A stretch of DNA of 58,921 nucleotides, taken from a virus. Lineage: Duplodnaviria; Caudoviricetes. The position numbers and the translations under genes are program-made. Within the stretch, counting starts at the first letter, position 1. Every line of letters starts with the position of its first letter. Below, piece by piece: positions 20,152 to 27,741 of this stretch. The notes below the pieces were generated by a model. It had not been told where the DNA came from. It ran no database searches and saw only the letters and a program-made list of their open reading frames with translations. The stretch is taken from positions 1 to 58,921 of the IMG/VR virus record IMGVR_UViG_3300018080_000203. One strand, 5' to 3'.

Positions 20152-20916
20152 CTATGCCAACCTCCAAACAGGGTCACCCCTCATAGAGCCGCCAACCACC
20201 CTGCCCTCTTTCTCCAGAGCATAGAGAGCTTTCATAAACTCAGTAGCAGAAGTTCCCTTGAGACGCTTGTCCCTAAAAACCAACCTTTCCACATGATTGG
20301 TCATCATCCACTTGTCAAACTTTATCGCTTTCAAAATATTTCTTTTGAGCAAATCCATAGTGGCTGCTTGGACAATAGTCGGTTCCTTGGCTAGTTGCTT
20401 TTGTGGCTGTGGCTTTTTTTCCTTGCCAGCCGCAATCTCCTGCATGATGCGAAGGTTTTTTCTAATCACCCCTGGATTGTTGGCTCTCAGAAGCTCTGGG
20501 ATCACCTCAATCCATCGATCAACGACTCGCTGAGCGTCTTTCTTTTTTTTATGAAAGGTGCCTTTAAATCCAGAAAACTCCACCAATTGACCAGATGGCA
20601 CATGGGTTATCATCCATCCTCGACGAGCACCAACAGTGCTCTTGTGGACCGCCCAGACACCCTTTACCGAAACTTTCAGCGTATCTTTTATGTCTTCCTC
20701 GCCTGGATGCTTTGCCTTGATCACAAAATCGAACTTTTTGGTCGACCAGCCCTTAGACTTTTGCGCCTTCGGCTTCATGCCCATGGACCCCGGAGATGGT
20801 ACCTCATAAGCCTGTGCTCCTGAACCAGCCGTTGCCTCGAAGATACCCTCGATCTCGGCCTCCTGGATACCCATGATAGCTTTCGTAAGAATGACGTTTG
20901 CCCTCTCGATGTCCAC
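20152..20916 (-). CDS. leader-array protein 7 (putative internal head protein)
   Basis: MDIERANVILTKAIMGIQEAEIEGIFEA leader; basic payload with WMITHVPSG and wHTH-like end. Confidence 0.75.
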   Translation of the reverse strand: MDIERANVILTKAIMGIQEAEIEGIFEATAGSGAQAYEVPSPGSMGMKPKAQKSKGWSTKKFDFVIKAKHPGEEDIKDTLKVSVKGVWAVHKSTVGARRGWMITHVPSGQLVEFSGFKGTFHKKKKDAQRVVDRWIEVIPELLRANNPGVIRKNLRIMQEIAAGKEKKPQPQKQLAKEPTIVQAATMDLLKRNILKAIKFDKWMMTNHVERLVFRDKRLKGTSATEFMKALYALEKEGRVVGGSMRGDPVWRLA

Positions 20917-20919
20917 AAC

Positions 20920-21432
20920 CTACCCTCCTAGCTCGGCGATTTTCTTCTTGAGTCGTCGGATTTCATCGTTTCTCCAAGCAATACTTAAATCACGTTTAGC
21001 TTTTCTTCCCATAGCTCGACCAGGTATCTCTATTGCATCTTTCATTGCCGCCATATGAGCATCCCGTTGTTGTTTCTCTAATTTTTTCAACTCACGCTTG
21101 TAATCCTTGACACTTTTCAGCTTATCAATCAGTCGATCACAAGCCATCTGCCAAGCTCCAATGTGATCGATTCCCATTGAACGTGGAATATCAGAGTTTT
21201 TCTTGATTTTTCGCAAATTTGTCTTGTTTACCTTCAAGCCTTTCTTTTTGAGATAAGCTATAACAGCTTCACGAGCTTCTATTTGTGTTCTGTCCCATTT
21301 GCGCATTGGCTTTTCGCCAGGAATCGGTACATCGTAGCTCGTAACACCACGAGCTACAGCTTCATCAATTTCTCTTTCCTGAAAAGAAAGAATAGCTTTG
21401 GTGAGCACCGAATTTATACGCTCTATATCCAT
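20920..21432 (-). CDS. leader-array protein 6
   Basis: MDIERINSVLTKAILSFQEREIDEA leader; helical basic payload. Confidence 0.75.
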   Translation of the reverse strand: MDIERINSVLTKAILSFQEREIDEAVARGVTSYDVPIPGEKPMRKWDRTQIEAREAVIAYLKKKGLKVNKTNLRKIKKNSDIPRSMGIDHIGAWQMACDRLIDKLKSVKDYKRELKKLEKQQRDAHMAAMKDAIEIPGRAMGRKAKRDLSIAWRNDEIRRLKKKIAELGG

Positions 21433-21433
21433 C

Positions 21434-21880
21434 TCAAAAAGTCTCCCCTGTTTCAGCAGCTACATGATCAGCCGCTTCTTGAGCACGCTTATTAATCCAT
21501 ACGACGACTTTTTTAAGAGAAGCATCGTCAATGCTATCCCACCTATTAACAGCACTTTCTCCTTGATAAGCCCGAGCCTTGTACTTGTATCTTACAGGCT
21601 TTCCGTTCCACTTAAACTCAATAATATTAATACCTGGTGATACATCCGCTGATCTTATAAACCAACTCCAATCACCATGATAAAGACGAAATTCATCGCT
21701 CTTCAACGCTCGTTTTACCTTCGCTATCGTGATTTTTTTTATCCTCACTGCCTTCTTAGGACTTGGAACACGATACGACGTAACGCCATGAGCAGTCGCC
21801 TCGATTATCTCCTCGATCTCGTTCTCTTGAAAGGCAAGAATAGCATTATTGAGTATCGAATTTATACGCTCGATGTCCAT
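21434..21880 (-). CDS. leader-array protein 5
   Basis: true start at internal MDIERINSILNNAILAFQENEIEEIIEA (ATG 21880); paralog of 21885..22337. Confidence 0.75.
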   Translation of the reverse strand: MDIERINSILNNAILAFQENEIEEIIEATAHGVTSYRVPSPKKAVRIKKITIAKVKRALKSDEFRLYHGDWSWFIRSADVSPGINIIEFKWNGKPVRYKYKARAYQGESAVNRWDSIDDASLKKVVVWINKRAQEAADHVAAETGETF

Positions 21881-21884
21881 CTTG

Positions 21885-22337
21885 CTATACCCTTCTTTTC
21901 TCAGCCGCCACATGATCGGCCGCCTCTTGAGCATGCTCGTTAGCCCACGCAATAGCCTCTTTGAGAGAAACTTCCATTTTAGGATGGCCCTGCCATCTGT
22001 AAAGAGCGCGTTTTCCCTGATATACCTGAACTCGATATTCATATTTCACAGGCTCACCAGCCCACTTGCGCTCCACGATATAAACCCCAGGTGACACCTC
22101 GGCCGATCTACTAAACCATTCCTTGGTGTGATCAAGACGAAACTTCTCTTTTTTTAGTGCTCGTTTCACCATCGCTTCAGTAATCTTCTTCACCTTTATT
22201 GGTTTTGAGATTTTCGGACTTGGTACTTCGTATGACGAAACGCCATAAGCAGTCGCCTCGATCATCTCCTCGATCTCGCGTTCCTGAAAAGCAAGGATTG
22301 CACGAATTAAAACCGAATTAACTTGCTCAACATCCAT
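21885..22337 (-). CDS. leader-array protein 4
   Basis: MDVEQVNSVLIRAILAFQEREIEEMIEA leader. Confidence 0.75.
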   Translation of the reverse strand: MDVEQVNSVLIRAILAFQEREIEEMIEATAYGVSSYEVPSPKISKPIKVKKITEAMVKRALKKEKFRLDHTKEWFSRSAEVSPGVYIVERKWAGEPVKYEYRVQVYQGKRALYRWQGHPKMEVSLKEAIAWANEHAQEAADHVAAEKRRV

Positions 22338-22340
22338 GGC

Positions 22341-22682
22341 CTACTCCTCTTCGTCACCTTTAGGCTTTGTCTGCACACGATGCACCATCAAAGCAGCGCA
22401 TGCACCTTCAGGAGACTTCACCGAGGTACAATCAGACAAAGCATCAATGCAATCTCTGATAGTATCGAAATCGCCTTTTTTGTTGCGATACTTTTCCATG
22501 CACTTAGCTTGTTTCGACCTTTTCTTTTTCTTTTTCTTTGCTTTCTTGGCAACCTCTTTAGGTGTCGGAATCCTGAAGCCACCAATTGCCGCCTCACTTA
22601 TTTCTTGAAGTTCGCCTTCGCGAAGCCCAACAATGGCCTTCACCAGCACCGCATTGACTTTCTCAATATCCATCCCGCTCAC
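22341..22682 (-). CDS. leader-array protein 3 (Cys-rich payload)
   Basis: MDIEKVNAVLVKAIVGLREGELQEISEA leader; poly-Lys; C.EKYR..KGDF domain. Confidence 0.75.
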   Translation of the reverse strand: MSGMDIEKVNAVLVKAIVGLREGELQEISEAAIGGFRIPTPKEVAKKAKKKKKKRSKQAKCMEKYRNKKGDFDTIRDCIDALSDCTSVKSPEGACAALMVHRVQTKPKGDEEE

Positions 22683-23197
22683 CCTTCCTTGAAAATTCTG
22701 TAATGAAAATCACGAGTTTGCCAGTGAGGGTCATCAATAGTTTTAACAGGAGACGGACCTTTGAATCGATAGACCTTCAATAAACCACCGGCAACTAATG
22801 AGACCAATGCCTTGACCTCATTTTTTTTCAACTTTTTATGACGACCAATAACAAGCAAAAGTGCACCCCACGGCCCCTCATACTCCATCTTCTTGAACAG
22901 ACCAAGAACTTTCTTTTGCGTCTTATTGAGTTTTCCTTTTTTAGCAGGCTTTATCCCTTGAAGTTTAGCGTCACCATAACGAACATTTTCACCAACAGAG
23001 TCATCAACAACATCTTTAGACTTGTCAATACCACCCTTCATCTCGCCTGCCCCAATAGTCCCTGGAGCTGGAACATCATACTTGCCAGTCACTCCCCAAG
23101 CCATCGCCTCAATAATCTCCTCAGACTCAACTTCCTGAAGACCAACGATAGCCTTTACGAGCACTGCATTGACTTTTTCAATATCCATCCCGCTCAC
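22679..23197 (-). CDS. leader-array protein 2
   Basis: MDIEKVNAVLVKAIVGLQEVESEEIIEA leader; wHTH-like payload. Confidence 0.75.
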   Translation of the reverse strand: MSGMDIEKVNAVLVKAIVGLQEVESEEIIEAMAWGVTGKYDVPAPGTIGAGEMKGGIDKSKDVVDDSVGENVRYGDAKLQGIKPAKKGKLNKTQKKVLGLFKKMEYEGPWGALLLVIGRHKKLKKNEVKALVSLVAGGLLKVYRFKGPSPVKTIDDPHWQTRDFHYRIFKEG

Positions 23198-23520
23198 CCT
23201 TCCTTGTCGTCAAACGCAACACCCATAATGTCGTGCAATTGAATCCATCCAGGAGACGACGACAAAAACATCGCCATCTCTTCTTTCGCCTTTGATGCCT
23301 CAACAGTATCGACCACATCATTCTCGGGCTCAATGTTTGGCTTGCCACCAATACGCCGAAGTTGACGAACCATTTTGAAACGTTCACCGCCTTTGGTCAC
23401 AGTATGAGCTGACCTTTGCGAAGTAAAACGTCCATCGTTCCCGTGATAAGTCACAGCTTCATCAATGGTTTCTCCAACCACAACACCGATGATTTTACCC
23501 AACCTCTTAGCCAATGACAT
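23194..23520 (-). CDS. putative internal head protein
   Basis: IDE|A then YHGNDGRFTS (H...GRF motif common in phage head proteins). Confidence 0.55.
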   Translation of the reverse strand: MSLAKRLGKIIGVVVGETIDEAVTYHGNDGRFTSQRSAHTVTKGGERFKMVRQLRRIGGKPNIEPENDVVDTVEASKAKEEMAMFLSSSPGWIQLHDIMGVAFDDKEG

Positions 23521-23548
23521 TATCGCCACCTATTCTGTTGGTTCAAGA

Positions 23549-23884
23549 TCACAAAATAATAGAATCGATACTTTTAGAAATAGATTCCAATTTCTTCTGG
23601 ATTGCTTTTATATTCTTATACAATCCTCCTATTTCTTTTTCAGCATTTTCCAACGTCTTTCGTTCGCGTGAAGAAAAACTAAAAGGCAAATCATCTGACG
23701 AAGGACCATAAAGATTTGCTTTTAAACTATTTCTCACATTCAATGCCTTTTTAGCAAAAATCTTACCAATATCATCAGCAAGATGCTCAAGATTCATTGA
23801 ATGCCCAGCTAATATCTCTTTAAAACTCTCACCCATTTGCTCGTTTTTCAAAGTTGCTTCAAATAACTCTTTTGACAACGACAT
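23549..23884 (-). CDS. putative internal head protein (class-II leader MSLSKELFEA)
   Basis: GAGGAG SD; coiled-coil payload. Confidence 0.6.
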   Translation of the reverse strand: MSLSKELFEATLKNEQMGESFKEILAGHSMNLEHLADDIGKIFAKKALNVRNSLKANLYGPSSDDLPFSFSSRERKTLENAEKEIGGLYKNIKAIQKKLESISKSIDSIIL

Positions 23885-23901
23885 GATTCTCCTCTTCCTT
23901 T

Positions 23902-24426
23902 CTACACCGTTGGCTCGATTTCACGGAACAAATCCTTGAACCGTTTGTATTTAGCCGGCGCTTCTGGTTCCATCGCATGCTTCATCGTACGCCGCACACC
24001 TTTTTGAGTCTGCCTTACACTGCTCAATTTAGCGCCTTTTTTATAGGGGGGTTTGAGGTACCCATACCTCGTCAACGCCCAACGACATATGTTCCACGCC
24101 GCCCTAGTGCTATGTTTTTTTTGAGGCTTTCCGCCTTTCTTGCTTGGCTTGCCTCCTCGTACTGCCAATACACAATGCTGCAACTGAGCAGGCACCTGAT
24201 CGACTTTAGCCTTGGCCTTTATCCCACCTGGTTTGGGTTTCTGCTTTGGTGGCTTCTTGCGCAATCCACCACGAGCCGCTTTTTTTGCTTTCCTCTTTGG
24301 TGGTTTTACATCTGCCTTCTTTTCTTTCTTTTTCTCGATTTTCTTTTTTAACTCAGCAGGAGTAGGCACACGATAACCGCCAATCTTAGCCTGTTCAAAA
24401 AGCTCATCAAGCGGAATCCAATTCAT
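23902..24426 (-). CDS. very basic putative internal head protein (class-III leader MNWIPLDELFE)
   Basis: IGGYRVPTP linker shared with 22341..22682; Lys-rich. Confidence 0.65.
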   Translation of the reverse strand: MNWIPLDELFEQAKIGGYRVPTPAELKKKIEKKKEKKADVKPPKRKAKKAARGGLRKKPPKQKPKPGGIKAKAKVDQVPAQLQHCVLAVRGGKPSKKGGKPQKKHSTRAAWNICRWALTRYGYLKPPYKKGAKLSSVRQTQKGVRRTMKHAMEPEAPAKYKRFKDLFREIEPTV

Positions 24427-24440
24427 ATCAATCCCAACTA

Positions 24441-24839
24441 CTAAACATCGTATTCAGAAGGACCAGACATTTTGCTACCCAAATGTGCAAAACGACCAAT
24501 GGCCTTTTGAAAATTCATCTCTATCTTCTTAAGCACTCTTCCGTCAACATTTTTGGCCATTGCATTCGCTTCTTTTTTTGCGTTATCCTCGCTTTTATAC
24601 GGACCAAATCTCACCGGCTCACCATGAGGGCCAACACCAGGACCAACACCAAAAACATACCACCTGTCCGGGCTCAGAGTCTTGAGCTTTCGCCCAAGCA
24701 TTCTTTTGGTGCTCTTGGCAAAAACGACCTGAAACACAGGTACATCAGGATTCAATGCCTCAGTCATCGTTTCAATCTCGCTTTCCTGAAGACCAAGAAT
24801 AGCCTTAGAAAGCACCGAGTTGACTCGCTCAATATCCAT
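24441..24839 (-). CDS. leader-array protein 1
   Basis: start reassigned to ATG 24839 (GGAG SD); MDIERVNSVLSKAILGLQESEIETMTEA. Confidence 0.75.
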   Translation of the reverse strand: MDIERVNSVLSKAILGLQESEIETMTEALNPDVPVFQVVFAKSTKRMLGRKLKTLSPDRWYVFGVGPGVGPHGEPVRFGPYKSEDNAKKEANAMAKNVDGRVLKKIEMNFQKAIGRFAHLGSKMSGPSEYDV

Positions 24840-24870
24840 AACGTTGCTCCTTTCTTTCGAGCTATTTTTC

Positions 24871-25650
24871 TTACCCAACTACAAAAGGAACAGGATCGCT
24901 AAGCCCAATCAACTCATTGGTCAGAGTATCCCATTCGGCTTGTCCTTCGCTAACCAACGTCTCACCATCCATGCTTTTTGCACCGCCAGCCGATGGCCAC
25001 TCGCTGTACTTGCTTCTAACACGCCCCAGCCGCACCTTGAGAGCCGCTCTTGCATACCGAAGGATAAGATCTCTATCGCGAAAACGAAGACTCTTAAAGT
25101 CATTTGCAGGCGTTGTATCAGGAGGAGTTGGGTCCTCAGTAATCAATTTAGTGCTGGCATATCGAGCAATGACTGTACCGCTTTGATGATTCGTCGGATA
25201 AATGCTAAGTGTGTTGATGTCTTTGTCATATTCCCAGGCAGGTTCAGCCCCAATTATACGCCGCGCTGTCGATGCATGAGCAATCATTTGATGAAGAGTT
25301 CCGTAAAACGAGCCGCCAGGTAGCCCAGTGAGACTCTGATAAGCCACTGGAAGCATCTCGACATCTATAAAAGCAAAAGGATTGATGGCTGCAATAACAT
25401 CTAACTGCACGCCAGGAAACCAAACACTCAACACCTCATCGCAATCATCCGGCATAGTGTAAGATGACTCGCCAGATGTAACAGTCTGAACAGCATGACG
25501 TTTGACTCCCTTGCGACCTATCCACCACCTCAACGCGTCATCAAAAGAGTCATCAGCATGATACTCTGTAACCTCCAAGATTACCGCACCACACCCTAAT
25601 GATCTCTTGACCCAATCAATGGCATCATTTCTGTTGAGAGGGTCAGTCAT
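24871..25650 (-). CDS. neck protein (T4 gp13-like)
   Basis: WVKRSLG...LEV...DDAL; YARA..K..LGRVRSKY...P..GG..MDG. Confidence 0.8.
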   Translation of the reverse strand: MTDPLNRNDAIDWVKRSLGCGAVILEVTEYHADDSFDDALRWWIGRKGVKRHAVQTVTSGESSYTMPDDCDEVLSVWFPGVQLDVIAAINPFAFIDVEMLPVAYQSLTGLPGGSFYGTLHQMIAHASTARRIIGAEPAWEYDKDINTLSIYPTNHQSGTVIARYASTKLITEDPTPPDTTPANDFKSLRFRDRDLILRYARAALKVRLGRVRSKYSEWPSAGGAKSMDGETLVSEGQAEWDTLTNELIGLSDPVPFVVG

Positions 25651-25673
25651 AAATCACCTCCACCAAAAGCGTA

Positions 25674-26096
25674 TTACTTCTTGTCCTTCTTTTTGGACGT
25701 CTTTTTTCCACTCATCGCCTTTACCATTTTATCAGCAGTAGATTTTGTAGCAGTCCCTTTTTCAGGCTCAGGTTCGAGTTCTTTTTTCGGTTCTAACTTT
25801 TGCTTCGGTTCTGACTTCTTTGGCGCAGGCTTCGACTCCTTTTTTAACTCTGACTTCTTTGGCGCAGGCTTCGACTCCTTTTTCGGTTTTGGTTTCTTTG
25901 GTATAGGTTTTTGTTCTTTTTTTGGTGCAGGTTTTGGTGCAACATCTTTAATAGCAACAAGCAACCCTTGATCAGCAAATTTCTGCCAATATGCACCCTC
26001 AAGTATTTCGTTGTCCCCGATGCGCCTCTCACCACCTCCAACGTATAACGGGAGAGATTTGCCAATAAACCTTGGAGCTTTCTTGAATCTCTTCAT
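25674..26096 (-). CDS. Lys/Pro-rich protein with tandem KKESKPAPKKSE repeat
   Basis: GGAGGAG SD before MKRFKK; 39-bp-period DNA repeat ~25810-25883. Confidence 0.7.
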   Translation of the reverse strand: MKRFKKAPRFIGKSLPLYVGGGERRIGDNEILEGAYWQKFADQGLLVAIKDVAPKPAPKKEQKPIPKKPKPKKESKPAPKKSELKKESKPAPKKSEPKQKLEPKKELEPEPEKGTATKSTADKMVKAMSGKKTSKKKDKK

Positions 26097-26112
26097 AACT
26101 CCTCCCTGAATC

Positions 26113-26147
26113 AAAACGGGAGAGCCAGCCGCCGCCGACCCTCCCGT
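26113..26147 (-). terminator. rho-independent terminator after the major capsid gene
   Basis: ACGGGAGGGTCGGC-GGCG-GCTGGCTCTCCCGT followed by T-run. Confidence 0.8.
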
Positions 26148-26204
26148 CGCCTACTCAACATAAGACCCATCGAGGGGCCATTGAATCAATCGAGTCGCAG
26201 CCGA

Positions 26205-27707
26205 TCAGAGCCCGCCCGTGATCGTCACACGCCCGAACCACTCGTCGCGCAAACGCTTGGTCGCATAACGAGTCCGCATTCCTTTGCGATAACTCTGATC
26301 CTCTGGATCGAGGAACGTTGGAGTCATCTGCAATGGCACGTATGGACTGAACACGAATCCAGCGTCAAGATAACTCCGACCTCTAAGGCCGAGCATCATC
26401 TGATTCCACTGGAAAAATGGATCTTGGTAGCCCATCCATTTGTTGGAGAGCGGACCCATTCTCAAGATACCCTGGTGGCTCGTCATTGGGCCATAACTTG
26501 GCGGCACTACAACACCGTCAAACGGTCCTTGAACGTTACCAGGAGCGCTTACCCAAGGCGGCCTAAAGTCACCATGAGTTTGGAGCTGTACCAGTTTTGC
26601 AGAGATATCAGGGCTCGTTACGTACCAATTCGCAGGCGCTCTCAAGGTCTGCTTATGAATCTCAAAGCTGACCGCACTCATCCGAGTCATAACTGAACGA
26701 ATATGGTCAAGCTCATTGATGCCAGCAGGAACTGTAAAGTCAAATGTGCGAATAATTCCAGCACTCGCCAAGAAAAGCTGCCCTAAGATATCTCGATCGA
26801 TTTCGAGCGCAACTTCCTGGCTGATACCAGAGACAAGCTCGGTCTCGGCATCAACGCCATGGAATGCACGCAGGTCATCAGCAGCTTCACTCGACCAACG
26901 AGCCTTGAGCTTGCGCGTCTGTGCTCGAATGGTTTCGAATTCGATGTCGATGTAGACATCCGGGATATTCCGGTTGCCTTCCATGTCGTAGTAGTAAGTC
27001 GCTCGAACGTAATTACCAGCCACTGTGATCGTATCAAACGTAAAGTTTGTGATCTGCCCATTGGCATAGTTGATAGCGCCAGTCAATACGTCGCCAGTGA
27101 AACCACCAGCTCCGTCATCGACTGCCGTCTGTACAACCGCCTCAGTCGTTGGGTTATACTCTTCAACTGTGAGCGAATATCCTACAGTCGCATCGAGAGG
27201 ACGAACTGGGCTGTATTGAAGAATAACTGAGCCAGGAGAACCTGTGAACCACTCACCACCAGCAAGGATCGGAGTCAACTGTTCATTCGGAATTTTTTCT
27301 GACGAATATTGGTCATCAAAATTCTGAATCAGGTTAGTACCCGCTACTGTCTCACCCTTCGAACGTCCGTGCTTGTACTCGAAGTAGAACACGGCTCCAA
27401 CAGGTGCAGTCATTGGTTGGACGGACACAATCTCATTTGCGATGAGATTTGGGAACACTCGGCGCAATACTGGGAAAATGTATTTGGTATACACACCAGC
27501 ATTTGTGCTAAGAGTATCCTCGGCGAGCTGTCGGCGCATGTCGAGGAATTGATTTTCCATCAACATTGCCATGCATTTTTTGGTATAGTCCTCCTTGACT
27601 CCCTTCAAGAAGCGATCCCACTTTTCAACAAGCTGACCAGTGTAGCTGTCATCACGAATGCTCCGTGCTCCTGCTTCTTCGGTCAGATTCATATTCCGTG
27701 CCTCCAT
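26205..27707 (-). CDS. major capsid protein (T4 gp23-like)
   Basis: L.EKW, MENQ, RRVFPNLIA..IVSVQPMTAP, A.TRKLKA.W..E...DL.A.HG.DAE.EL, EIDR, PYVPL, G..TRY. Confidence 0.97.
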   Translation of the reverse strand: MEARNMNLTEEAGARSIRDDSYTGQLVEKWDRFLKGVKEDYTKKCMAMLMENQFLDMRRQLAEDTLSTNAGVYTKYIFPVLRRVFPNLIANEIVSVQPMTAPVGAVFYFEYKHGRSKGETVAGTNLIQNFDDQYSSEKIPNEQLTPILAGGEWFTGSPGSVILQYSPVRPLDATVGYSLTVEEYNPTTEAVVQTAVDDGAGGFTGDVLTGAINYANGQITNFTFDTITVAGNYVRATYYYDMEGNRNIPDVYIDIEFETIRAQTRKLKARWSSEAADDLRAFHGVDAETELVSGISQEVALEIDRDILGQLFLASAGIIRTFDFTVPAGINELDHIRSVMTRMSAVSFEIHKQTLRAPANWYVTSPDISAKLVQLQTHGDFRPPWVSAPGNVQGPFDGVVVPPSYGPMTSHQGILRMGPLSNKWMGYQDPFFQWNQMMLGLRGRSYLDAGFVFSPYVPLQMTPTFLDPEDQSYRKGMRTRYATKRLRDEWFGRVTITGGL

Positions 27708-27741
27708 GGCCTACCTTCCCTCCGTCGTCTGACCCTTGGCG

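Noticed and set aside
21881-22042. 54-aa N-terminal extension of ORF 21434..22042
   Set aside because: Overlaps the neighbouring gene; the true start is the conserved MDIER leader at 21880.
20152-24839. Leader array as RiPP precursors or DGR targets
   Set aside because: Payloads are ~80-230-aa protein domains; no modifying enzymes, transporter, reverse transcriptase or adenine-specific TR/VR pair in the window.
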